Positions 9,108-17,035 of a stretch of 64,000 nt of DNA are shown piece after piece. Origin of the DNA: Candidatus Nealsonbacteria bacterium (GTDB lineage Bacteria > Patescibacteriota > Minisyncoccia > Minisyncoccales > JANBVM01); the NCBI GenBank assembly GCA_047456315.1, contig CP179889.1:128776-192775 (forward strand), in the 5' to 3' direction. A program made the position numbers and the translations under genes. The stretch's first letter is position 1, and the number at the start of each line of letters is the position of its first letter. The notes under the pieces were generated by a model, which did no database searches, had not been told where the DNA came from, and saw nothing but the letters and a program-made list of their open reading frames with translations.

Positions 9108-9509
9108 TTATTTGGTTTTTGTTTCTATTTCTGTTTGAACGTCTTTAAGGTGGCTTTTTCTAACAATTTTCAAAGGCGTTTCTTCTTCAACCTCTTTCTT
9201 TTCTGCTTTTCTTAGTACTGATATTGTTCCTTCTTTTTTTTTCCAAAGATACATTTTAGGCGATAACTTGAATTTTAAAAAGCTTATTACAACGCTAGGA
9301 AGAGGTCTTCCTCCAACTTTTAGAAAAGCCAGAGCGATTGATGCTCCGCCTATGAAAACACAAGCTATAATAAATATTGAGAAAGGAGCACTGAAATAAA
9401 TCATAAAACAGATTGCTCCTGCAATCCCAACATATATAAACTGCTTGAAAGTTAAAGGCCCTACTATTTTTGCCTCATGTTCAATAAATTGGGGGACAGT
9501 GAATCTCAT
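9108..9509 (-). CDS. PrgI-family (VirB3-like) T4SS membrane protein
   Basis: 133 aa. 'VPQFIEHEAKIVGPLTFKQFIYVG' is followed by two TM helices, which is the PrgI hallmark. Its stop abuts the next gene. Confidence 0.7.
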   Translation of the reverse strand: MRFTVPQFIEHEAKIVGPLTFKQFIYVGIAGAICFMIYFSAPFSIFIIACVFIGGASIALAFLKVGGRPLPSVVISFLKFKLSPKMYLWKKKEGTISVLRKAEKKEVEEETPLKIVRKSHLKDVQTEIETKTK

Positions 9510-9511
9510 GA

Positions 9512-9934
9512 CTATTCTGTTTGCTCTCTATAAATATCTTTTCTTTTGTCCGCGATTGTTTTTTTATCTGTCGCCGGCCTTAGCACTTTCATTTGTGCTG
9601 GGGGAGTAATTTCCATATTATAAAGCTCTTCCAAACTGCTCTTAACAGGATAAAAGATAAATCGGTTAATTTCCAGAACTACTTTTTTCGCGATATTTTT
9701 TTCCAATCCTAACTCTTTTTCTATGGTTTTCTGGAATTCATCAGGCAGCAGGAGTCCCAATAAAACCCAGCTCATCTGGTCCACGACATCAGAGGCATGG
9801 TCTGTAATTTCATATTTCTCACAGATATTTTGCATGTTATTTGCTGTTTCGTCTGAAGACAGGGCTTCCTGCAGAGGTTGGGGAAGTCCCTTATATAACT
9901 TCCAATATTGTTCAGAAGAAATTTTTTCTGCCAT
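9512..9934 (-). CDS. Hypothetical protein (first gene of the PrgI/VirB4 operon)
   Basis: 140-aa soluble ORF, 2 nt from the PrgI-like gene. I recognise no motif. Confidence 0.5.
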   Translation of the reverse strand: MAEKISSEQYWKLYKGLPQPLQEALSSDETANNMQNICEKYEITDHASDVVDQMSWVLLGLLLPDEFQKTIEKELGLEKNIAKKVVLEINRFIFYPVKSSLEELYNMEITPPAQMKVLRPATDKKTIADKRKDIYREQTE

Positions 9935-10010
9935 ATTTTTTTATTATTTATCTTATTTAAATTTTATATCATTTTACGTCATTTAACAATTAATTAAAAG
10001 AAATGAAAAA

Positions 10011-10040
10011 TAAAAAAAGGTGCTTAATTACACCTCTTTG
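10011..10040 (-). terminator. Rho-independent terminator after the zinc-ribbon gene
   Basis: Minus-strand AGGUG-loop-CACCU followed by UUUUUUA. Confidence 0.5.
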
Positions 10041-10063
10041 ATTAGAAAAATAAAGAATAATAA

Positions 10064-10438
10064 TTACTTCTCGGCTATCGTTTCTTTTGTTTTTTCAATC
10101 CTCTCTTTTATATCAGCTCCACAAAAAGGGCACAATGAACTTGTTGTTGGTGTTAACACTCCACAATAAGGACACTGTATTTCTTCTTCGGTTTCAGTGG
10201 ACTCACCCTTTTCAGTTATAGAAACAGAAAACTTCTTTTTCGCGCCCTCTATTGTCTTTCTTATTTTTTTATCAAATTTCTTTTTATTTCCTAATGCTTG
10301 TTTGATATTATTCAAAAATCTATCAGTCAAGAGCAATTCTTTCTCTGCTTCATATTTTGCATGTATTGATTTCCTAACGTCTTTCATTGAAATACTTGAT
10401 CCTCTTATCTTACTTATTAGTTTCTTTTTAATACCCAT
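10064..10438 (-). CDS. Small basic protein with C-terminal zinc ribbon
   Basis: 124 aa with a 'CPYCG...CPFCG' CxxC-x-CxxC motif at the C-terminus. It has its own promoter-like and terminator elements. Confidence 0.6.
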   Translation of the reverse strand: MGIKKKLISKIRGSSISMKDVRKSIHAKYEAEKELLLTDRFLNNIKQALGNKKKFDKKIRKTIEGAKKKFSVSITEKGESTETEEEIQCPYCGVLTPTTSSLCPFCGADIKERIEKTKETIAEK

Positions 10439-10534
10439 TCATCCTCACTTTTTATGTCGAATATTTTGTTTTTAAATTCTACCTATTTTATTATATATAT
10501 TTTCAATAAAGTCAATAATTAATAAAAAAGACCT

Positions 10535-10570
10535 ATATAAAAAATAAGATAGTCGTTAGAACTATCTTTG
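10535..10570 (-). terminator. Rho-independent terminator after small ORF 10592..10765
   Basis: Minus-strand AGAUAGU-UCUAACG-ACUAUCU (7-bp stem) followed by UAUUUUUU. Confidence 0.55.
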
Positions 10571-10591
10571 GATATTGTTTAAATAAATTTT

Positions 10592-10765
10592 TTAAGTTGA
10601 GCTTGTTATAGATACTATTTCCGCCTCTTTCTTCTTTATTTCCTTTTTTATTTCGTATTCTTTATTTTCGTTTTCTATAAGAAGAAGGAGCATCTCTAAG
10701 TCTTTTTCTTGTTTTCTACCCTCTTTCTTTAATTTTTTGAAATTATTCCTTTTTTTTACAAACAT
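10592..10765 (-). CDS. Small hypothetical basic/coiled-coil protein (57 aa)
   Basis: Below the ORF-track size cutoff. Hand translation: MFVKKRNNFKKLKKEGRKQEKDLEMLLLLIENENKEYEIKKEIKKKEAEIVSITSST. Flanked by the promoter at 10808-10836 and the terminator at 10535-10570. Confidence 0.4.
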   Translation of the reverse strand: MFVKKRNNFKKLKKEGRKQEKDLEMLLLLIENENKEYEIKKEIKKKEAEIVSITSST

Positions 10766-10807
10766 CACCTTTATTTTTTTAAAAATCTATAATTTATAAA
10801 CTTTTTT

Positions 10808-10836
10808 ATTATATATATTTATTAGTAAATCGTCAA
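10808..10836 (-). promoter_or_regulatory. Sigma70-like promoter for small ORF 10592..10765
   Basis: Minus strand: TTGACG (10836-10831), 17-nt spacer, TATAAT (10813-10808). Confidence 0.5.
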
Positions 10837-10844
10837 AAATTAAT

Positions 10845-10880
10845 TTTTAAAAAAATTAGACAGCCACGGAAGCTATCTTT
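10845..10880 (-). terminator. Rho-independent terminator after small ORF 10883..11044
   Basis: Minus-strand AGAUAGC-UUCCGUG-GCUGUCU (7 bp including one G-U pair) followed by AAUUUUUUU. Confidence 0.5.
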
Positions 10881-10882
10881 TA

Positions 10883-11044
10883 TTAAAGATTTGCTATTTC
10901 TATTTCGTTCTTTTGTAACCTCTTTTGTAAATCTATTGTTTTATTAATATTATCAAGAAGAGTACTCATTTTTAATATCTCTTGTCGTGCTTTCGTATTT
11001 CCATTTATTATCTTTTTCATTTTTTTTTCGTTTCTTTTTTTCAT
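10883..11044 (-). CDS. Small hypothetical basic/coiled-coil protein (53 aa)
   Basis: Hand translation: MKKRNEKKMKKIINGNTKARQEILKMSTLLDNINKTIDLQKRLQKNEIEIANL. Weakly similar to the 57-aa ORF and to the N-terminal part of the zinc-ribbon protein. Confidence 0.4.
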   Translation of the reverse strand: MKKRNEKKMKKIINGNTKARQEILKMSTLLDNINKTIDLQKRLQKNEIEIANL

Positions 11045-11166
11045 CTCAATCCACTTTTCAAATCCTACATTATAAAATAAATAATTTATTTTTTTAAATC
11101 TATAATTTTTTATAACTTATGAAGTTTTATATATACTACTTTCATTATTGGTCCTTACTAAAGACT

Positions 11167-11216
11167 TTGTCAAGCCCTTGACAAAATTTAAAAAAGAGTG
11201 TATGATTTAAATCATA
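11167..11216. promoter_or_regulatory. Divergent promoter region with two perfect palindromes
   Basis: TTGTCAAG-CC-CTTGACAA (11167-11184) contains a plus-strand TTGACA. A 17-nt spacer leads to TATGAT (11201-11206), which starts the perfect 16-nt palindrome TATGATTTAAATCATA (11201-11216). Confidence 0.5.
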
Positions 11217-11245
11217 GGAAATTAAAAATCAAAGATGTATTGAAA

Positions 11246-11671
11246 ATGAACAAAGACAAAAGACTGATAAGAAAAAAAGGAATGGGACGTTTTGCCAATA
11301 GAAAGATTAACAAACTCATAGATGCGAACACCACTGCTAGAATACAGATTAAACTATTAAGTAAGGGTTCAGAGCAACTAGGCAAGCTAGTTGACAACAT
11401 GAAAAAAGTTGCCACCCACAAGCGATTATTTAAAATAGAAAAAGCTGAAAGAAAAGTGGCAAGAGACGCTTTGAAAGAGTCACTTGACGGAGATGAAGAC
11501 GGAGACGGAGATGAAGATGAAAATGAAGACGGAGAAACACTAGGTGAAACAATACCGGGTGTAAGAGAATTTTTAGAGGATATAATGAACCGGGCTGGAC
11601 ACGGATTAAGTCATACTCAGATTAGGGATTTAATTCGAGAAAAACTTGGGATTGAAATTGAAGAAGATTAA
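11246..11671 (+). CDS. Hypothetical protein with acidic D/E/G-rich tract
   Basis: The track ORF starts at GTG 11198, which lies inside the predicted -10 element, so ATG 11246 is preferred. 141 aa with a 'DGDEDGDGDEDENEDGE' tract. Confidence 0.5.
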   Translation: MNKDKRLIRKKGMGRFANRKINKLIDANTTARIQIKLLSKGSEQLGKLVDNMKKVATHKRLFKIEKAERKVARDALKESLDGDEDGDGDEDENEDGETLGETIPGVREFLEDIMNRAGHGLSHTQIRDLIREKLGIEIEED

Positions 11672-11762
11672 TTTACACTGGGTTGATTAAAATTATAATT
11701 AATTTTAATCTTTAATTAGACCGGCATGTCATAAAACTGCCTTTTTTTTATTTTAATTTAAA

Positions 11763-14360
11763 TTATTTTAACATCTTTTTATATTTTTCTCCTTCTTCTT
11801 GCATTTTTTTCAATACTAGTAATAGTTCTTTTTTTTCTCTTTCTGCTACTTCCTTTTCTTCTATTTTTACTCCCTTTGTTGCATCCCACTTTCCCGCTTC
11901 TTCCTGCCATTCTTTTATAGCTTCTCCTAATTTTATTATATCTTTCTCTAAAGATTCTTTTGTTGATTTAATTGCTTCCTTACGTTTTTCTAAAGATTTC
12001 CCAAGTTCGCTAATAGATTTTTCTGTTTTTTCAAGATATTTCTTAATATTTCTAGTAACCGTTATATCCCCCTTTTCAATCTTCTCTTTAGTTTCTTTAA
12101 AATTTTTCTCAAGGTTATTTAATTCTTCCTCCACCTGTTTAGTGCTTTCTCTTTTAACTTTTAGAATACTTACTCCCGTTTTAATAGCTGACCTAGTTGC
12201 CTCTGTTTTTATTACGGCCTTTTTTATATTTTTTGGCCATCTTGGATTTATTGGTAATTCCGGTTCTACTGGAGCTTTGGTAGTTGTAGGCGGGGTTGCG
12301 GGATGTTCTTTCGCTTCTTTTTTAATCTTTTCAAGCTCTCCTCTCTTAAGTTTTCTACCTGTCACTTCCTTGAAATGCTTATTGTAAGCGGAAGCTCGCA
12401 CCAAGCGTGGACTTATTCTATAAAGCTTATCATTTTTAAAAGTATTTATTCCTCCTTTTTTATTGATTAGGTCGTTGAACTTATCTTTACCTAATTTTTC
12501 ATAAGCTTTTACAAAAAATTGAGGATCATCTCTATACACACTAGCTGCTCTTCCCGCATCAGAAACTAACGCTTTTTTAGATGTATCTTCTAATTTTACC
12601 TTTTGCATATGTAATGCCTTAATGGCGAATTCTTCTTTTTTACCTTCTTCAATTCCAAATTTTTCAAACATACCATCATCCTTCATTTTTTCCACTTGTT
12701 TGTCTATATCTTCTTTTTGCCTATAACCCTGTGCTTTAGCAATCTCTGCTCCACTGAATTCCTCTGGGGCGATGTCTGTCATCATCTTAGTCTCGTCTTT
12801 GTAACCTTTTTTTCCAGCCAGTGATTTGGCGCCCGATGTAAGCTTATCTTTGACCTCTGGGTGTTCCTCCATCAGTTTTGAAGTCTTTTCTGCCCCTAAA
12901 GCCTTAACGACTCCCATCCTCCCTCTCTTTCCTCTTGATTTTATCCAAGATGCTTGGGCTTTTGTATCCCATTCTTCAAATCCTTCTGGGGTTGCTGTTC
13001 TATGTTTTGCCCAATCTTGCTTAGTTTTCTCCTTATATTTAATAAGGCCTGGGGCTAATTTTTTCATTCCCGGAACGCGCGCTAGTGTCCCTGCTGCAGC
13101 TCCAGCTACGCGTTTTGCTGCTACTCCCGCAACTCCTCCTCCTACTCTTTTTCCCACTCCTTTTCCAATACCCTTAGCCCTTTTTATTATTCCTTTGGCA
13201 ATTTCTGGCATAGATTCAATAGAAACCATTATGCCGAAAATCAGCATGAATATTGCAACCAGAGGTCCAATAGTTTGCTCTATAATTGTTCCAATAGGGA
13301 TAGTTAATGGGCCTACAACGATATTATTAGCAAGCGCGCCAGCGCTTAATGGCATTCCATCCGAATGATCTATAATCCAATTGGAAAGATAAAGAAAAAA
13401 ACCAAGAGGTATTCCTATAACAGCCCATTGGATAAGTGTTTCCCACCATTTATTCCAATGCAATATACTGGGTAAAAGCGCTTTTACTGTCGTGGACTCA
13501 GGTAAAACCTGAGAAAAGAAAGCAATTGGCGCTAAAATTACCAAAATCCAAAGCATTATGAATCGGGCAAAAAATAAAAGACATACCATTAAATAAGTCA
13601 AGCTGGCAATAGTGTAAAAGAGAATCATGACAGCATGCTTTATAATGATAGAAAGAAAAACCCCAATAATAGGTTCAGTGCCACTTAAAAGCTTAACAAA
13701 AAATTCACCATTTATAGTCATTACTGTACCCAAATCCTCAAAGGCCTCCACAAAAAATTCAGCAAAGCCAAAACTAGAGAGAGCATTGCTTTTTGCTATT
13801 TCAGCAAAGAAAAAATTAGTGAAAAGATTTGCAATATCAACAATGAATCCAACCATAACTGGCGTGAAGTTGATTAAAAGAGCGACCATAATGAGCTTGG
13901 GTAAGATTTTTCTAGCTTCATACTCCTTCATTTTAAGAATAGTTGCCAAACCAATAAAAGCCAGAATCAAAATGATGAACATGTTGGCAAAATTCTTCGT
14001 AAATTCAAATCCAACTTCAACTACCCATCCAGAGATTATTGGAACTGACAAAGAAACTTCTATCAGCATGCCCAGAAAAGATGCTACTATTCCGAACATG
14101 ATTGCGGATATAAAACTAAAAAATGCTGTAAGCATTACTAAGAAAAAGAAGGGCAGACGAACAGGAAGAGACATAACATATGCAATAAGATCCAATACTT
14201 CACTGACTATTGGTACATATATGGCATGAGCAATTTGAAGGCTGAAAAAACACAAAAACAAACCCAGACTTATTCCTAGTATTAAATTTTTTTTATTATG
14301 AGAGAAAACAGAAACAAAATGTTTTTTAAAATCAGAAAATAATTTAGATAGATTATTCAT
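11763..14360 (-). CDS. Large polytopic membrane protein, VirB6/TrbL-like, with long charged coiled-coil tail
   Basis: About 865 aa from ATG 14360; the track start at 14411 overlaps the upstream gene. The N-terminal half has about 10 hydrophobic helices. A Gly-rich linker 'GIGKGVGKRVGGGVAGVAAKRVAGAAAG' follows, then about 400 aa rich in K/E. Confidence 0.5.
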   Translation of the reverse strand: MNNLSKLFSDFKKHFVSVFSHNKKNLILGISLGLFLCFFSLQIAHAIYVPIVSEVLDLIAYVMSLPVRLPFFFLVMLTAFFSFISAIMFGIVASFLGMLIEVSLSVPIISGWVVEVGFEFTKNFANMFIILILAFIGLATILKMKEYEARKILPKLIMVALLINFTPVMVGFIVDIANLFTNFFFAEIAKSNALSSFGFAEFFVEAFEDLGTVMTINGEFFVKLLSGTEPIIGVFLSIIIKHAVMILFYTIASLTYLMVCLLFFARFIMLWILVILAPIAFFSQVLPESTTVKALLPSILHWNKWWETLIQWAVIGIPLGFFLYLSNWIIDHSDGMPLSAGALANNIVVGPLTIPIGTIIEQTIGPLVAIFMLIFGIMVSIESMPEIAKGIIKRAKGIGKGVGKRVGGGVAGVAAKRVAGAAAGTLARVPGMKKLAPGLIKYKEKTKQDWAKHRTATPEGFEEWDTKAQASWIKSRGKRGRMGVVKALGAEKTSKLMEEHPEVKDKLTSGAKSLAGKKGYKDETKMMTDIAPEEFSGAEIAKAQGYRQKEDIDKQVEKMKDDGMFEKFGIEEGKKEEFAIKALHMQKVKLEDTSKKALVSDAGRAASVYRDDPQFFVKAYEKLGKDKFNDLINKKGGINTFKNDKLYRISPRLVRASAYNKHFKEVTGRKLKRGELEKIKKEAKEHPATPPTTTKAPVEPELPINPRWPKNIKKAVIKTEATRSAIKTGVSILKVKRESTKQVEEELNNLEKNFKETKEKIEKGDITVTRNIKKYLEKTEKSISELGKSLEKRKEAIKSTKESLEKDIIKLGEAIKEWQEEAGKWDATKGVKIEEKEVAEREKKELLLVLKKMQEEGEKYKKMLK

Positions 14361-14389
14361 ATTAATTTTAATTATTATACCACAAATTA

Positions 14390-16111
14390 TTAAAAAGGAA
14401 GGGACCACCAAGTATCTGTAAATCCAATAATGTTAACAATAATGTTTATAATCCACCAAGCTAAGAACATTATTAAATAGCCTGTTCCAGCTCTTTGCCA
14501 GATTTGTTTTACATTAACAATAGTGCCTGGCGCTCCTAATGAAAAATAGGATGTTACTGCAGTAAATATTATCAAAAGAGCCAAAGCAATTAATCCAACT
14601 CTCCACAGAACAAAATCAATGATATTTTTTAATAACAAAAAAATGTGTTTTATTTCACAAGGATCTCTTTCGTTCCAGGGGGTTTCAGGACTATCCGAAA
14701 CTCTACCGCAAGGCACAAGACCGAACTGGGCTGGTGGGATGGGCTGAATAAAAGTAAAGTTTAACATAGGGCTAAGAATGCTTGTTTCAATACAACTTGT
14801 GTCAAGGCAGGATCTGAGCCACCAATTATATGTCCCTAAGCATTTTAGAGGAGGGCGGGCAGAATGATTAGTGGTGATGCCCTCAACTAGTGGTTGACCA
14901 GCTATACAGGTTTCATCAGCCTCTTCTGGGTCTTTTGTTGCATAATCAATTTTATACTTATAAGCTTTGGCTCCTTCAACTGACTGCCAGGAAATGCTTT
15001 TTTGATAAGTATAAAGAGTGCCGTCTATTTCAGGAGAGGGGCAGTTTTCATCAAGCACGCCATCAAACACACAGGGAGCGCTGAGACGAAAAGTGGTAAA
15101 GTCTTGAATACTACTCCATGTCCCGCAATAACTACTTTGTTTATCAACACAGGGTTTTACCCGCCACCAGTATTGTGTATTTTGAACCAAGCCAGGATAA
15201 GTTTCACCAGGATAATAGTCTACGCTGGCTTCTAAATCAATTGTACTGTCTCTAATAACAATATTTGTTTCACCAAAGGAATTATTTTCAGAAACTTCAT
15301 ATACATAAGAAACAGCCTTATAAACATCGTCCCAATTAATCTTGACTGGAATTATGCTATTATCAGCACTTAAATTGACTGGGGGTGCTCCAGTAGTTTT
15401 AAAAAACCAGGTCTCGCTAAATTCAGAGCAATTTGTTCCGTCTTCGTTGTAACAAGATTTAGTATGCCAGTTGTATGTGGTGTTACATTCAAGTGAATCC
15501 CAAATATCATCAAACGAAACAGTAACATAAGGTCCATTTACAGGGCCAATAGTTATATTTGTATCTTTTTTAACCTCATAAATATAAGAACTGACTAATG
15601 AATTGTGACTCCACCCTAACAAGTCATCCATATTTACCACAGGAATTTCGCTTGGATTGGCTGGGTCATAAAAAGGTTCAATCAGCTCAGGAGGAACAAG
15701 TCCAACGTCTTTTGTTGTAAAACTCCATCTTTCGCTGAAATCAGCGCACTCATCAATTGGCTCGTCATCATCGCAACCTGTTCCGCAGTTGGTATAATCA
15801 TCATTAGCGCAAGCAGCAAATTCCCATTCATAGGTTGTAAGTCCTGTAAAAATACCTAGCCAATTTGGTATAGTGATTTCAGAGGCGGTAGTAGTTCCCT
15901 GTCCATATCGAAGATTTCCACCCTTATAGATTTGAATATGGTAAGAATTAGCATTTACGTCATCGCACCAATCAAGCTTAATTGGGACCGAAGGGTCAAT
16001 ATCAGTTTCTCCATCAGAGGGAGAAACAGGATTAGTGCAGGTAGCTTGAACTAAAAACGGAAAAAGAATCAAGAAAAACAAAACAAAAATAATTTTTAAA
16101 ATTTTCCTCAT
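14390..16111 (-). CDS. Secreted Cys-containing four-repeat protein with C-terminal T4SS pilin-like 2-TM domain
   Basis: 573 aa. Signal peptide, then four modules of about 100-110 aa, each with '..W..V..A.SY.Y.[IV]' ... 'Y.W....C......C..[FW]S..w.F.T'. Next comes 'LVPCG...PCEIKHIFLLLKNIIDFVL' plus TM-loop-TM, as in the other pilin-like ORFs. Confidence 0.6.
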   Translation of the reverse strand: MRKILKIIFVLFFLILFPFLVQATCTNPVSPSDGETDIDPSVPIKLDWCDDVNANSYHIQIYKGGNLRYGQGTTTASEITIPNWLGIFTGLTTYEWEFAACANDDYTNCGTGCDDDEPIDECADFSERWSFTTKDVGLVPPELIEPFYDPANPSEIPVVNMDDLLGWSHNSLVSSYIYEVKKDTNITIGPVNGPYVTVSFDDIWDSLECNTTYNWHTKSCYNEDGTNCSEFSETWFFKTTGAPPVNLSADNSIIPVKINWDDVYKAVSYVYEVSENNSFGETNIVIRDSTIDLEASVDYYPGETYPGLVQNTQYWWRVKPCVDKQSSYCGTWSSIQDFTTFRLSAPCVFDGVLDENCPSPEIDGTLYTYQKSISWQSVEGAKAYKYKIDYATKDPEEADETCIAGQPLVEGITTNHSARPPLKCLGTYNWWLRSCLDTSCIETSILSPMLNFTFIQPIPPAQFGLVPCGRVSDSPETPWNERDPCEIKHIFLLLKNIIDFVLWRVGLIALALLIIFTAVTSYFSLGAPGTIVNVKQIWQRAGTGYLIMFLAWWIINIIVNIIGFTDTWWSLPF

Positions 16112-16938
16112 TATTGAATATTAAAACTTTTTGTTAATTTTTGCCACTCATCAACACCTAAAGTTTCAGCTCTTTGGCTCGGCTGAACATTATTTTTCAA
16201 AAGCCATTCTTTGATTTTCTCCTTTTCCATTTTCAATCCTTTTGATAAATTATTTATTAATTGCTTTCTAGGATGAGAAAATCCAGCTTTAACAATTTTA
16301 AAAAATTTCTCAGTAAACTTCTTTGAGAATTTTGTTTTTAATGGAACTATTTTAATAATTGCAGAATCCACTTTTGGTTCAGGCCAGAATGATTTTTTTG
16401 AAATATATGAAATAATTTTTGGCTTGGCGTAAAACTGAACTGAAACAGCCAAAAGACTCATTTTATTAGGTTTAGCGCAAATTCTTTGGGCAACTTCTTT
16501 TTGAATCATTAAAATCATTGATTCTGGAGGATTTTTCATTTCCAAAAATCTCCTGATAACTGGCGAGGTAATATAATAAGGAAGATTCGCTATCAGCTTA
16601 TATGGTTTTAATGTATAGATTCCAAGATCAGTTTTTAGTATGTCTTTATTGATTAATTTAATGTTTTTAATGTTCTGACTTTGTATAATGTTCTTTAAGA
16701 TCTCACACATTCTTTTGTCTTTTTCTATTGCAATCACCTTTTTAGTTTTTTTTGCTAGTTTCAGTGTTAGATTCCCAATTCCAGGCCCTATTTCTAAAAC
16801 CAGGTCTTTTTTTGAAAGCTCAGCTGTTTCAATTATTTTTTCAAAAGCTTTTTCATTAACTAAAAAATTCTGCCCAAATGCTTTTGAGGGCCGTATTCCA
16901 TAGCTTTTCAACAAATTCTTAACATCTTTTCTACTCAT
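16111..16938 (-). CDS. rsmA: 16S rRNA (adenine1518/1519-N6)-dimethyltransferase
   Basis: 275 aa. 'FGQNFLVN', SAM-binding 'VLEIGPGIGNLT', and 'NLPYYITSPV' motifs. Confidence 0.92.
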   Translation of the reverse strand: MSRKDVKNLLKSYGIRPSKAFGQNFLVNEKAFEKIIETAELSKKDLVLEIGPGIGNLTLKLAKKTKKVIAIEKDKRMCEILKNIIQSQNIKNIKLINKDILKTDLGIYTLKPYKLIANLPYYITSPVIRRFLEMKNPPESMILMIQKEVAQRICAKPNKMSLLAVSVQFYAKPKIISYISKKSFWPEPKVDSAIIKIVPLKTKFSKKFTEKFFKIVKAGFSHPRKQLINNLSKGLKMEKEKIKEWLLKNNVQPSQRAETLGVDEWQKLTKSFNIQ

Positions 16939-17035
16939 TTTACTCAGATTTTACCACAAAATCTTAGTTTGTGCTTTAGCTTTTATCACTTGACAACCTG
17001 CTCTAATATTAGAAAATAGATTATTAAGCTAATAT

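Noticed and set aside
11685-11710. A perfect 11-bp-arm hairpin, GATTAAAATTA-taat-TAATTTTAATC, between convergent genes, considered as a terminator.
   Set aside because: The stem is almost entirely A/T and has no clear U-tract context. It could be functional, but this sequence alone does not support the call.
12826-14229. Antisense ORFs inside large genes, for example 12826..13368, 13627..14229, 45029..45463, 46880..47245, 50265..50771, 51185..51637, 7432..7773 and 33602..33958.
   Set aside because: All lie entirely within longer ORFs that have recognisable motifs on the opposite strand. Their products are low-complexity with no motifs, so they are treated as shadow ORFs.
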